DNA of 64,000 nucleotides from an uncultured Chloroflexia bacterium (lineage in GTDB: Bacteria > Chloroflexota > Limnocylindria > Limnocylindrales > CSP1-4): positions 256,001-320,000 of the forward strand of contig CAVTHS010000008.1 of assembly GCA_963734535.1 (NCBI GenBank), in the 5' to 3' direction. Under the pieces are notes generated by a model, which searched no databases, was not told where the DNA came from, and saw only the letters and a list, made by a program, of their open reading frames with translations. Position 1 is the first letter of the stretch. Every line of letters starts with the position of its first letter. The position numbers and the translations under genes were made by a program. This document shows, piece by piece, positions 1-10,480 of the stretch.

Positions 1-175
1 GGCAGCTGAAGAGGCCGTAACCCGGGCCGCTGACGGTGGCCGGGATGGCCTGCGGGCCCATCGTCGAGAGTGGAGACGCGGACGACGCCGCGCTCGCGAC
101 TGTGCCCGCCCCTGGCGCCAGGCTGACAACGAGGGCCAACGCGGCCAGGACGGATCGAACCTCGCAAATCCTCAT
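1..175 (-). CDS. Secreted protein, N-terminal part (runs off the window)
   Basis: Own translation from ATG 175: MRICEVRSVLAALALVVSLAPGAGTVASAASS..., a signal-peptide-like N-terminus preceded by AAGGGGGG. Not in the ORF track. Confidence 0.6.
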   Translation of the reverse strand, partial: MRICEVRSVLAALALVVSLAPGAGTVASAASSASPLSTMGPQAIPATVSGPGYGLFSC

Positions 176-537
176 GTTCCCCCCTTGATGATCGACGTGA
201 TCGTCAACTCCGCTGCACCACTCGCGGGTGGATCGGGCGGTCGATTGGCTGGAGCCAGCTTGACGTCCCTCCTTTCACGATGACCCGCTCGCACCTTCCG
301 GCCCGCCTCCAGCAGCGAATTGGGAGCAGCCGCTCTCCGACCAGTCGGCCTGCGCATCCTCCGGGGTCCCGTCGGTGACGTCAACCCGCACCGCGCCACG
401 GTGGTCCATCACGACCGAGCTGTCCCACCCCGTGCACCTCGGCGCCGCGCTCCCGGCCCGATGAGCTGGTCGGCACCATGAACACGACCTGCAGCGCGGA
501 CGATCCAGCCGACCTCTGGGGCCCCCCTGGCCCCGCG

Positions 538-1471
<934 letters not shown>

Positions 1472-1677
1472 GGGGTGCTCCTCCCGGCTGCGTTCGTGGC
1501 GCGCGCTCGGCCGTGGCCGGGTCGCTCGGTGCTGGTCGGGATTGTATGGCCTGTGTATGAAACTTCGAGAGCGGTCGGGCTCCCGGTGTAGCGTTCCGGA
1601 CCAGCACAGGCTCGCTGTCTTGACGTCCGGCGGAGCGTCTCGCACGGTGCCCAGGCCAACCTGCGAGGAGAGCACCC

Positions 1678-2076
1678 ATGGAGCAAGCTCGACCGATCGT
1701 GGTCCGGCCAGCTGAGGGGGCCCCGCCACCCGGGCCACCCACGCCTGGCATGGACCGCCGACAGCTCTTCGACCATGAGGATCGCTGGGTCGGCTGGGTG
1801 CGGACCGACGCCGGACTCGCGGGCGGCTGGCACCACCATGGAGCGCGCGACTCCTACATCTACGTGCTCCGCGGCAGGGTGACGATCGAGTACGGTCCCA
1901 CCGGGCGCGAGCACGTGACGGCGGTGGCCGGGGACTTCATCTTCAATCCCGCCCGAATGGTGCATCGCGAGATCACCGCCTCCGACGATCCGGCAGAGCT
2001 CTTCGTCATCCGCGTTGGGACCGGCCCGCAGAACGTCAACGTCGACGGCCCCGACGCCGATCCGGACGGCAGATGA
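1678..2076 (+). CDS. Cupin domain protein
   Basis: GWHHHG...YVLRG...AGDFIFNPARMVHRE cupin motifs; GAGGAG RBS. Confidence 0.85.
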   Translation: MEQARPIVVRPAEGAPPPGPPTPGMDRRQLFDHEDRWVGWVRTDAGLAGGWHHHGARDSYIYVLRGRVTIEYGPTGREHVTAVAGDFIFNPARMVHREITASDDPAELFVIRVGTGPQNVNVDGPDADPDGR

Positions 2077-2145
2077 CTGGGACCAAACGGTCCCGGTCGA
2101 GCGTGTGAGCTTTCCTACACGGGCCCTGTAGCCCAGCGCGGGCGG

Positions 2146-2526
2146 TCAGTAGGTGACCAGGCGCACGGGGGTCAACGCGAAGTCGCGCGTGTTCCTCGTG
2201 AGGACGGCGGCGTTGTCGGTGTACGCCGCGGCCGCGATCAGGGCATCCGCCAGCCCGAGGGTCCAGCCGTCCGCACGCGCTGCCGAGCGCCAGCGTCCCG
2301 CGAGCAGGGCCGCGTCCGGGCCGGGCTGGATGAACTCCACCGGCTCGAGGAACGCATCGAAGTCCTGCAGCTCCCAGGGCTTCAGCCCGGTGCTCACTTC
2401 GCAGACGACGATCTCGTTCACGACCGGCTCGTCGCCGTCAGCGAACACCGCCTCCCAGCGCGCTTCCGCCTCCTCCATGCCGCGGAGGTAGTCGATGACG
2501 AACGCGGAGTCAGCGAGGATCCGCAT
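2146..2526 (-). CDS. vapC: PIN-domain toxin (VapC family)
   Basis: MRILADSAFVIDYL...VVCEV...LADALIAAAA...LTRNTRDF, with the acidic PIN residues. Confidence 0.9.
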   Translation of the reverse strand: MRILADSAFVIDYLRGMEEAEARWEAVFADGDEPVVNEIVVCEVSTGLKPWELQDFDAFLEPVEFIQPGPDAALLAGRWRSAARADGWTLGLADALIAAAAYTDNAAVLTRNTRDFALTPVRLVTY

Positions 2527-2861
2527 GCTCGTCGCCCTCGGGGTCCGGCCGCATGCCGCCCTTCGATCGCGGGTGCCACTCCGGGATCGTCCCAATCGGG
2601 ACCGGATCGGGCCCGGAATTCGTCTCCTCGGCACGGAGTGCCCGGACCCACTCCACGACCATCTCGGACGTCGCCCACTCGGGGTGGTCCTCCGCCTTCA
2701 GGATGCCGAACGAGCGATCCCAGACCTCCTTGAGGTGGTCGCGGCGAAGGCGTGTCCTGACGGCCTCGGCGACGTACCGGCTGCGGTTGCGGGGCCCGGC
2801 GATCCGGTCCACCTCGGCAACGAGCCTCCGGCGGGAGCATCAGATTCGTGCGCACGGCCAT
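2510..2861 (-). CDS. Ribbon-helix-helix antitoxin (VapB-like), one indel near 2825
   Basis: MAVRTNLMLPPE joins VAEVDRIAGPRNRSRYVAEAVR, an RHH pattern. Overlaps the vapC start. Confidence 0.75.
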
Positions 2862-2867
2862 GCACAC

Positions 2868-2896
2868 ATGATTGCGCACGACGGTGCGCACGTCAA
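2868..2896 (-). promoter_or_regulatory. sigma70-type promoter with a palindromic operator for the TA pair
   Basis: TTGACG-N17-AATCAT-N6-ATG. Inverted repeat TGCGCAC-N4-GTGCGCA (2873-2890) lies in the spacer. Confidence 0.55.
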
Positions 2897-2949
2897 CACA
2901 CCAATGCAAGCCAGGATCGCCGCGCCGACGACCCCTGACCGCAGGCCCC

Positions 2950-4197
2950 TTACGCCCCGTCGAGCGCGGCCTGGAGATCGGCGATCAGGTCCGCTTCGTC
3001 CTCGATGCCGACGGAGAGCCGGATCAGGGCCTCGGGAACCTCGAGCGGCGAGGTGGCTACCGACGCATGGGTCATCACGGCCGGCAGCTCGACGAGCGAC
3101 TCGACCCCACCCAGGGACTCTGCCAGCGTGAAGAGCCGCGTGGCTTCGCAGATCGCGACAGCGCGGTCCCGGGCGCTCCGGCCACGGCGCCCGCCGGCAG
3201 CCGGGACGAAGCTGACCATCCCGCCACCGGCCGCCATCTGGCTCGCGGCCAATCCCGCCTGCGGGTGCGCAAACGGCCCGTCAACGAGGCCCGGGTACCG
3301 GAGCCACGTCACGTCGTCGCGGCCGGCCAGGAACCGAGCGACGGCGAGCGCGTTGGCCGAATGCCGCTCGGCGCGAAGCGCGAGGGTCCGCAGGCCGCGC
3401 AGGACGAGGAAGCAATCCTGCGGGCCGGGGACGGCGCCCATCGCGTTCTGCAGGAAGCGCAGCTGGTCGGCTAGGTCCTCGCGCGAGGTGACGACCACGC
3501 CGGCAACCGTGTCGCTGTGACCGGCGAGGTACTTCGTGGCGGAGTGGAAGACGACGTCCGCGCCAAGGGCGATGGGTCGCTGGAGCGCAGGAGAGGCGAA
3601 GGTGTTGTCCACCACGACGATCGGCGCCGCGCCGCGTGCCCCGACGTGGGCGTGCGCCGCCCGCACCACCGACGCGATGTCCGTCACCTTCAGGAGCGGG
3701 TTCGAGGGCGTCTCGAACCAGACCAGCCGCGTCCGCTCATCGAGGACCGCTGCCAGCGCATCGGCCGGCGCCGCGCCACCGTCGCCGGCGAGGTCGAGGT
3801 AGGTGGCGAGCACGCCGCGCGGCCGTGCGACCCGCTCGAAGAACCGATACGTGCCGCCGTACACGTCGTCGCCCACGAGGAGCGTCTCGCCCGGTGCCGC
3901 GAGCTCGGCCAGCATGGCGGTCGCGGCCGACCCCGACGCGAACGCGATCCCGAAGGCCGCGCCCTCGAGGTCCGCGACCGCCCGCTCGAGCCGCTCGCGG
4001 GTCGGGTTCTGGGTGCGTGCGTACTCGTATCCGCCCCGCGGCCGGCCGACGCCGTCCTGCGCGTACGTGGACGTCTGGTAGATCGGCGGGCTCACCGCCC
4101 CGGTCAGCTCGTCCGGCTCCGCGCCGGCGTGCACGACCCGGGTGGCAAACGCGTCGAGGCCGCGGCCGGTCGTGTCGCCCGCTCGCCCGTCCGGCAC
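2950..4197 (-). CDS. Cystathionine gamma-lyase/gamma-synthase family PLP enzyme
   Basis: PPIYQTSTY, YARTQNPTR, FASGSAA, ETPSNP, VDNTFASP, HSATKYLAGHSD, LAESLGGVESL. Confidence 0.93.
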   Translation of the reverse strand: MPDGRAGDTTGRGLDAFATRVVHAGAEPDELTGAVSPPIYQTSTYAQDGVGRPRGGYEYARTQNPTRERLERAVADLEGAAFGIAFASGSAATAMLAELAAPGETLLVGDDVYGGTYRFFERVARPRGVLATYLDLAGDGGAAPADALAAVLDERTRLVWFETPSNPLLKVTDIASVVRAAHAHVGARGAAPIVVVDNTFASPALQRPIALGADVVFHSATKYLAGHSDTVAGVVVTSREDLADQLRFLQNAMGAVPGPQDCFLVLRGLRTLALRAERHSANALAVARFLAGRDDVTWLRYPGLVDGPFAHPQAGLAASQMAAGGGMVSFVPAAGGRRGRSARDRAVAICEATRLFTLAESLGGVESLVELPAVMTHASVATSPLEVPEALIRLSVGIEDEADLIADLQAALDGA

Positions 4198-4201
4198 GCG
4201 G

Positions 4202-5623
4202 TCAGCCCCCCAGCCGCGGGTGGTGGCTCAGGTACTCCAGCACATCGAGCTTGGTGACCAGTCCCACCGGTCGCTCGAGGCGGACTGCCAGGACCGCGGG
4301 CACTCCCCGGGCCAGGAGCGCGAACGCCTCGTCGAGCGGGGCGGCCTCCTGGACCACCGGGAGCGGAGGGTCCATGACCTCGCCGACTGTTCTTTCGACC
4401 ACCCCCGGATCGCGGTATGCGCGCTCGAGGAGGCCCTTCTCGGAGATCGAGCCGACGATCCCGGCCAGCTCGCTTCCCTCGGCCGCCTCCGAGACCGGCA
4501 TCTGGCTGATGCCGTAGTCCTCGAGCCGGCGGATCGCCGCGCCGACCTTCTCGGTTGTCCGGGCCAGGACGAGGTCCGGGATCTGCTCGCCGTGATGCCG
4601 GTCCTCGAGCACCTGCCGGACGCGCACCACGGAGCCTGCCGACGCGAGCAGCCCGTTCGCGCGCATCCACTCGTCGTTGTAGAGCTTCGAGAGGTAGTTC
4701 CGGCCGCCATCCGGGAGGACCACGACCATCACCGCGCCGGGCCCCTGCCCGGACTCGGTCAGCTCCCGTGCGACCTGCAGCGTGGCAAGCATCGCCGTCC
4801 CGCACGACTCCCCGGCAAGGATCCCCTCCTCGCGCGTGATCCGGCGGGCCATTGCGAACGCATCGCGGTCGGAGACGCGGACCCAGCGGTCGATGAGCTC
4901 CGGGTCGAGCGTGCCGGGCACGAAGTCCTCGCCGACGCCCTCGGTGAGGTAGGGCCGCGCCACGTCGCCCGAGAGGACGCTCCCCTCCGGGTCGGCCCCG
5001 ACCACGACGAGATCGGGCTTCTGCGAGCGCAGGTACCGCGCCGCGCCGGTGATCGTGCCGCCGGTCCCGACGGACGCCACGAGGTGCGTGACCTGGCCCG
5101 CCGTCTGTCGCCAGATCTCGGGTCCGGTCGTCGCCTCGTGGGCCGCGGTGTTCTCCGCGTTCCAGTACTGGTCCGGCTTGTAGGCGCCCGGGATGTCGCG
5201 TGCCAGCCGCGCCGCCACGGAGTAGTAGCTCTCGGGCGACTCCGGCGGGACGTTGGTCGGGCAGAGCACGACCTCGGAGCCGTAGGCACGCAGGATCGCC
5301 TGCTTCTCCGCCGACTGCTTGTCGGCCATCACGAAGACGCAGCGGTAGCCCTTGATCGCGGCGGCGATCGCCAGGCCGTGACCGGTGTTGCCGCTGGTCG
5401 GCTCGATGATCGTGCCGCCCGGCCGCAGAAGCCCGTCGCGCTCGGCCGCCTCGATCATCGGCAGGCCGATGCGATCCTTGACGGAGCCGCCGGGGCTGAG
5501 CATCTCGAGCTTCGCGAGGACCAGGGGCTGGCGCTCGAGCGGCCCGATCCCCCGCGTGACCCGAGAGATCCGGACGAGCGGCGTGTTGCCGATCAGGTCG
5601 AGGATCGAGCGCGCGTACTCCAT
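4202..5623 (-). CDS. cbs: Cystathionine beta-synthase with C-terminal CBS domains
   Basis: LIGNTPLV, KLEMLSPGGSVKDRIG, EPTSGNTG, GTGGTITG, PDGGRNYLSK and a CBS pair. Start at MEYARS. Confidence 0.93.
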   Translation of the reverse strand: MEYARSILDLIGNTPLVRISRVTRGIGPLERQPLVLAKLEMLSPGGSVKDRIGLPMIEAAERDGLLRPGGTIIEPTSGNTGHGLAIAAAIKGYRCVFVMADKQSAEKQAILRAYGSEVVLCPTNVPPESPESYYSVAARLARDIPGAYKPDQYWNAENTAAHEATTGPEIWRQTAGQVTHLVASVGTGGTITGAARYLRSQKPDLVVVGADPEGSVLSGDVARPYLTEGVGEDFVPGTLDPELIDRWVRVSDRDAFAMARRITREEGILAGESCGTAMLATLQVARELTESGQGPGAVMVVVLPDGGRNYLSKLYNDEWMRANGLLASAGSVVRVRQVLEDRHHGEQIPDLVLARTTEKVGAAIRRLEDYGISQMPVSEAAEGSELAGIVGSISEKGLLERAYRDPGVVERTVGEVMDPPLPVVQEAAPLDEAFALLARGVPAVLAVRLERPVGLVTKLDVLEYLSHHPRLGG

Positions 5624-6579
5624 CAGGCCGGATCGTCGGCCTGCGCGGGCGCTGGTCCGGCCGGCATGGTCGAGCCCGGCGTGTCGGCAGCCGCGGCCGA
5701 GCCGGCCAGGTCGCCCGGACTCGAAACGGCAGGTCCCTGGGGGTCGTTCGCCGCCCCCCGATCCCCCGCTGCGGCGCCGGGCCGATGCCGCCAGGCGAGC
5801 AGGAGGAGCGCGCCGACCACGGCGGCGGCCGAGATGAGCGAGGCCGTCGGGATCCCGCCCAGCAGCCAGTTGTTCGTGCGGAGCGGCTCGAGCAGGAAGC
5901 GCGTCGTCCCGTACCACACGAAGAAGAGCAGGACGAGATCGCCCGGACGAAGGGAACGGACGCGGCGGGCGAGCAGGATCAGCACGGCCGCGCCGATGAG
6001 CCCCGAGATCGATTCGTAGAGGAAGAGCGGCACGAAGTGCGCGTCGACCGGCGTGGTCCCGCCGTCCACCGGGCAGGCCCAGGCCTGCGTCCGGCTTGCG
6101 CACTGGATGGCGATTCCCCACGGAAGGTTGGTCGGGGGCCCGTAGAGCTCCTGGTTGAAGAAGTTGCCCCAGCGCGCCACGCCCTGCATCACGAGCAGTC
6201 CCGGGGCGGCGGCGTCGGCCCAGCCCAGGAACGGCTGGTGCTTCCAGCGGGCGTAGAGGACGGCGGCCAGGAACCCGGTCGCGATGCCGCCGTAGACGCC
6301 GAGGCCGCTGTATGGCGGGAGGACGATGGCCAGCAGGTCGTTCCGGTACCGCGCGTCCCACTGGTCGATGACGTGGTAGAGCCGGCCGCCCACGAGCGCC
6401 GCGAAGGCGATCAGGATGAACCCGTTGACCAGGAGCCCGACGTCGAGGCCGCGCCGACGGGCCTCGCGCTCCACGACGACGTACGTCGCGGCGAGGCCGA
6501 TCGCGTACATGATCCCGTACCAGTGGACCGCGAGCGGGCCGACCGAGAACGCGATCGGTTGCGGGGTCCAGTCGATCAC
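5623..6579 (-). CDS. lgt: Prolipoprotein diacylglyceryl transferase
   Basis: HWYGIM, GGRLYHV, RWGNFFNQELYG, PLFLYES, RFLLEPLR. Confidence 0.93.
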   Translation of the reverse strand: MIDWTPQPIAFSVGPLAVHWYGIMYAIGLAATYVVVEREARRRGLDVGLLVNGFILIAFAALVGGRLYHVIDQWDARYRNDLLAIVLPPYSGLGVYGGIATGFLAAVLYARWKHQPFLGWADAAAPGLLVMQGVARWGNFFNQELYGPPTNLPWGIAIQCASRTQAWACPVDGGTTPVDAHFVPLFLYESISGLIGAAVLILLARRVRSLRPGDLVLLFFVWYGTTRFLLEPLRTNNWLLGGIPTASLISAAAVVGALLLLAWRHRPGAAAGDRGAANDPQGPAVSSPGDLAGSAAAADTPGSTMPAGPAPAQADDPA

Positions 6580-6655
6580 CGCGGCAGTGTAGCGGGGGGT
6601 CGCCGTTCCGTCCGGTCCCTATACTCCCGACGATGCTCGCCAGCGCAGCCGCCGC

Positions 6656-6934
6656 ATGAACTCCGGGTACGTCCTCTGGTTCGCCGCCCTCGTCGTCGTG
6701 GCCGGCGCAGCGCTCGTCTGGCTGGCGATCGGCAGCGTGCCCGAGATCCCGGCCGAGCCGGAAGCAGGTGCCGATCCCGGGCTGGCCGGGGAGCCGCGGG
6801 CGATCCTTGCGCCCGGTCCGGCCCCGGAGCCCGACTCGGCCATCACGTCGGAGCCGCTCTCGGAGCCTGGTCGGCCGGAGCCTGGTCCGGGCTCAGAGCC
6901 CGCCGGTGAGGATCGAATCGCCCGTCCCGGTTGA
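6656..6934 (+). CDS. Small single-pass membrane protein with Pro/Glu-rich tail
   Basis: Hydrophobic YVLWFAALVVVAGAALVWLAIG; TATACT upstream at about 6620. The 3' end overlaps the convergent anti-sigma gene. Confidence 0.55.
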   Translation: MNSGYVLWFAALVVVAGAALVWLAIGSVPEIPAEPEAGADPGLAGEPRAILAPGPAPEPDSAITSEPLSEPGRPEPGPGSEPAGEDRIARPG

Positions 6935-7753
6935 GCCCACGGTCACGAGCGAGACGCCGAAGCGCGACCCCGGCCCGAGGCTCGCTGGCAGCTTCGCGGG
7001 GCCGTTCCACCACGCCACGCTCCCGGTGAGCCACATGGTGCCCAGCCGGGTCCGGACCCCGCCGACCTCGACCCAGCACCGGTACTCGCGGCCGGGGCCG
7101 GGGGCCGGGAGGTCGACCGCGACGGCGACCATTCGGCCGACGCTCTTCGCGAGCACGATGCTGCCGCGGGCGCTGCCGGCGGAATCCCAGAGCGTGACCC
7201 GCGCGGCATCGGGAGCACCGAGGAGCGCCGCGCTCTCGTGGCTCACCTCGGTCAGCGCGACCGTGGCGTCAAAGGGGTCGGGCGCAGGCTTGCCACCGGC
7301 CGCGAGGAGGCCTCCGGCAAGCCCGATCACCAGCGCGGCCGCGACCGCGGCCGGCCAGGCCGCGCGACGACCGCGCCGAAGGGTGGCGACCGTGCGGCTT
7401 CGATCGACATCGGCGCGGCGTGGATCCAGCCCGGTGCCGATGCCCGCGGGAACCGGAGGTTCGGCGCTCCGCGTGGGCGCCTCTCCGGGTGATCCCCGCT
7501 CGCGGCCAACGGCGCGGACATAGTCGAGCGTGCGCGCCCGGAGCTCGGGCGCCGGGCTCATGGCGATCGCCGGTCGGATCAGCTCGTCGGTGCGCCGAAG
7601 CCGGGCCAGCTCTTCGGTGCAGCCGGCGCAGCCCGAGAGGTGGCCGGCAAGCGCGACGACGTCGGCCGTCGCTCCAGCAGTGATTCGATCCAGCCCTCCC
7701 GGCTCGACGGCCGCGATCTCCAGCGCCGCGCGGACATCCTCGTGCTCCATCAT
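6893..7753 (-). CDS. Anti-sigma factor (RskA-like) with ZAS motif
   Basis: HLSGCAGC (HxxxCxxC), PAPELRARTL, one TM segment and DLPAPGPGREYRCW. ATGA overlap with the sigma gene. Confidence 0.85.
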   Translation of the reverse strand: MMEHEDVRAALEIAAVEPGGLDRITAGATADVVALAGHLSGCAGCTEELARLRRTDELIRPAIAMSPAPELRARTLDYVRAVGRERGSPGEAPTRSAEPPVPAGIGTGLDPRRADVDRSRTVATLRRGRRAAWPAAVAAALVIGLAGGLLAAGGKPAPDPFDATVALTEVSHESAALLGAPDAARVTLWDSAGSARGSIVLAKSVGRMVAVAVDLPAPGPGREYRCWVEVGGVRTRLGTMWLTGSVAWWNGPAKLPASLGPGSRFGVSLVTVGSTGTGDSILTGGL

Positions 7754-8490
7754 CGGCGTGCCTCCCGGCCTGCCGCGTCGAACGGGATGACCGTGGACTC
7801 GCTGGGGCCAGACGCCCGGTTGGGGCCGGCGGCCTGGGGTAGCGGCGCAAACCCGTCGCCATGCACCTCCGCGAGCGCGACACGAAGCCGCAGGAGCGCA
7901 CGACGCGTCCGCGTCTTCACGGTCCCCAGCGGCCAGCCGAGCCTCGCGGCGATCTCGCTCTGGGTCAGGTCGTCGCGGTATGCCAGCAGGATGACCTCGC
8001 GTTCGGGCTCCGCCATCCCGGCGAGCGCGGCAGCGATCGCGGCCTGGGTCTCGACCGTCGCGAGGAGGTCCGCCGGGTCGCCCGCATCGGTGTCGACGAC
8101 ACCCCCGACCGTCCCACGGACGTTGGCCAGGCGCTCGAGGGCGCTCGAATCCGGCTCGTCCTCTCGGCCCATCGGCGACAGCGACACGAGCTGGGGCCGG
8201 CGGCTCGCGGCGCGCAGGCGGTCGACCGCCCGGTTGCGGGCAATCGTTCCCAGCCACGCGGCGAGCGAGCCGACCGTCGAGTCGAACCGTTCGGCGCGGT
8301 TCCAGAGCGTCAGGAAGACCTCCTGCACCACGTCCTCGGCGACGGATCGGTCGCCGGTGAGCCGGAAGGCCGTGGCGAAGATCGAGCTCACGTGGCGATC
8401 GTAGAGTGAGGCAAGGGCAGCCTCGGACCCGGTCGCAACCGCGGCGACGAGCGCAGCCTCGTCAGGTGGCGCGGAGCGGCTGTCACTCAT
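7750..8490 (-). CDS. ECF sigma factor (SigK-like)
   Basis: AEDVVQEVFLTLW, WLGTIARNRAVDRLR, LTQSEIAARLGWPLGTVKTR. Confidence 0.92.
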   Translation of the reverse strand: MSDSRSAPPDEAALVAAVATGSEAALASLYDRHVSSIFATAFRLTGDRSVAEDVVQEVFLTLWNRAERFDSTVGSLAAWLGTIARNRAVDRLRAASRRPQLVSLSPMGREDEPDSSALERLANVRGTVGGVVDTDAGDPADLLATVETQAAIAAALAGMAEPEREVILLAYRDDLTQSEIAARLGWPLGTVKTRTRRALLRLRVALAEVHGDGFAPLPQAAGPNRASGPSESTVIPFDAAGREARR

Positions 8491-8492
8491 TG

Positions 8493-8999
8493 CTACGCTT
8501 CGAGAGGCGATTCGGATCTGGACGGCTTATCGGCCACCCGGATCGGCAGCGGACGCCGCTCGAACGGCGTGGAGAAGACCACGTCCGTCTCGGTCCGGTA
8601 GACGTGGCGGGTGCCCTGGACGATCCGCACGATCCGTTCGAGATCGCTCGTGTCGCTCGCCCGGATCTTGAGCAGGTAGTCGCCCTCCCCGGCGATCCGG
8701 TGGCAGGCCTCCACCTCCGCGATCGCGGAGAAGTCGCCGGCGAGATCATCGGCGATCGTGCCGGGTGCCTGGGTGACCCACATGAAGGCAAGGACGCCGA
8801 GGCCCACCGAGACCGGATCGACCGCGGCCATGTACCCCCGGATGATCCCGCGTGCCTCCAGCTTCTTGACGCGCTCGTGCGCCGACGGGCCGCTCATGCC
8901 GACCGCCGCACCGATCTCCGCATAGGAGAGCCTGCCGTCGCGCTGGAGCGCGTCGACGATCCCGGCGTCGATGACGTTCAGCTTGGGCTCGAGGGGCAC
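8493..8999 (-). CDS. Lrp/AsnC family transcriptional regulator
   Basis: LQRDGRLSYAEIG...ERVKKLEARGII HTH; CHRIAGEGDYLLKI. Confidence 0.92.
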   Translation of the reverse strand: MPLEPKLNVIDAGIVDALQRDGRLSYAEIGAAVGMSGPSAHERVKKLEARGIIRGYMAAVDPVSVGLGVLAFMWVTQAPGTIADDLAGDFSAIAEVEACHRIAGEGDYLLKIRASDTSDLERIVRIVQGTRHVYRTETDVVFSTPFERRPLPIRVADKPSRSESPLEA

Positions 9000-9028
9000 T
9001 TCGTACCACTCCGTTAGGCGATCTTACC

Positions 9029-9057
9029 TTGACGTTCTCTATTTGTTAGGCTAACAT
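9029..9057 (+). promoter_or_regulatory. sigma70-type promoter for the 44-aa ORF, with an overlapping inverted repeat
   Basis: TTGACG(9029)-N17-TAACAT(9052). TGTTAG-G-CTAACA at 9044-9056. Confidence 0.6.
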
Positions 9058-9111
9058 TCACATCAGGTCGACGATCGTCGACTATGTCCGCAACATACGG
9101 AGGTATGCACG

Positions 9112-9246
9112 ATGATCTTCGCGACCGTGCTCGGCCTCCTGGCGCTCTTCTCCTTCATCAGCATCCTGCTGAGCGGTGACGATTCGGAGCCTCAGGTCGA
9201 TCCGCGCGACAATCTCCCCGTCTGGGCACGCTTCGGGATGCGCTGA
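9112..9246 (+). CDS. Small membrane protein, 44 aa (not in the ORF track)
   Basis: GGAGGT RBS; MIFATVLGLLALFSFISILLSGDDSEPQVDPRDNLPVWARFGMR*; mostly G/C third positions; promoter upstream and hairpin downstream. Confidence 0.7.
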   Translation: MIFATVLGLLALFSFISILLSGDDSEPQVDPRDNLPVWARFGMR

Positions 9247-9308
9247 CCCCCCAACCTCGGACGCGTCCGCTGACCGCGGGCGCCGGAATCCAAGCCTACA
9301 CCCTCTCT

Positions 9309-9331
9309 GGGCCCCCGCCCGCCGGGGGCCC
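9309..9331 (+). terminator. Hairpin/intrinsic terminator between convergent genes
   Basis: GGGCCCCCG-CCCGC-CGGGGGCCC followed by TGGTTGTT. Confidence 0.6.
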
Positions 9332-9346
9332 TGGTTGTTCCGAGTG

Positions 9347-10295
9347 TCAGAAGACCGGCAGGATCTTCGTTTCGCAGGACACGCGCCTGGGCATCACGGA
9401 TCTGTTCAACGTCCAGCGCGCCGAGCGCTACGTCGACCTCCGGCCGGTCGCGTCGAGCGAACAGGATCGCCCGGCTCAGGGTTTCGCAGGTGTCGATCGC
9501 CTCGGATCGCTCCAGGGAGCGCACGGTGATCCTGACCACCTCGAGCGGGATCAGCAGAGACGTCCGATGCCATACGGCAGCGTCGATCTCGCCCAGGGCG
9601 ACCGCCGCTGGTAGGTGCGGATAGTCCATCGCCTGGAACTCGTAGCCGTCCGCCGCCGGAAACTCGGCCAACGTGAGTTGCGTATGGTCGTACGAGTCGC
9701 GATCAATTCCGATCCGATGGACACCGGAAATCGATGCGGCCTGTATCGGGTGCTCCAGCACAACCATCGACCCGTCGCTGTAATAGCTATGGGGACCGAG
9801 GTCGACCTCGGTCCACTCCCGGTCCGGAGGCGTGGATCGGGAATGCTCGGCCGCCCCCCGGGACAGGACCGCGAAGTCCGCTTGCCCCTCCTCTACCACT
9901 CGGACTCGACGAGAGGCTCCGTGCATGTACAGCATCCGGAGTGGGATCCCGAGACCGCCGAACTGGGCACGCAGACCCGCCGCCAATCCGGACCCTTCCG
10001 GCGAGTCGGGCAAGGGAAGGGTGCCCGTAACGTTACCGAGCCCACCAATCGCCCACAAACGGCCCACGTGCCGTTTGACGATATACGTGCCCTGATGGCC
10101 CCGGGCTCGCAGCGTCACGGCGCCCGCGCTTTCGAGCACCCGCAGGCCCTTCTGGACGGTCCCCGATCCGACGCCCAGGAGCTCCTGCCACTGCAGCGAG
10201 GTCGGCAGGCGGTCGCCGACTACGCGCCCAAGGACGTCGAGGGCGAGCATCTGGACCGCTCGCTGGTTGCTCGAGAGGGCGACGTCAAAGGCCAT
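9347..10295 (-). CDS. YhfZ-like transcriptional regulator (wHTH plus PBP-like domain); indel near the C-terminus
   Basis: GDRLPT...GVGSGTVQKGL...LRARGHQGTY, TLPLP, YMHGA..R, RIGIDRDSYDH. The alternative frame gives a ...ILPVF* end at 9347. Confidence 0.75.
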
Positions 10296-10480
10296 GCAAG
10301 GACGAAGTATAGATTTGGGGTCTGCCTCGAGGGACCATGGGTCGTCCGGAGCGGGTGCGCCGGTTTAGGGCGCCCGAGACCGGCACTCGATTGAGGCAGG
10401 AAGTGGCCCGCGCCGGGGGAAATGGCACAGGCCAGTGCAGTTCAGCCATCCGGAGGCCAGTCCGGGCCCGACCGATGCGG

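Noticed and set aside
250-300. c-di-GMP-I riboswitch-like GAAAGGAGGGACGTCAAGC in the leader of the first gene
   Set aside because: The flanks of GAAA do not pair.
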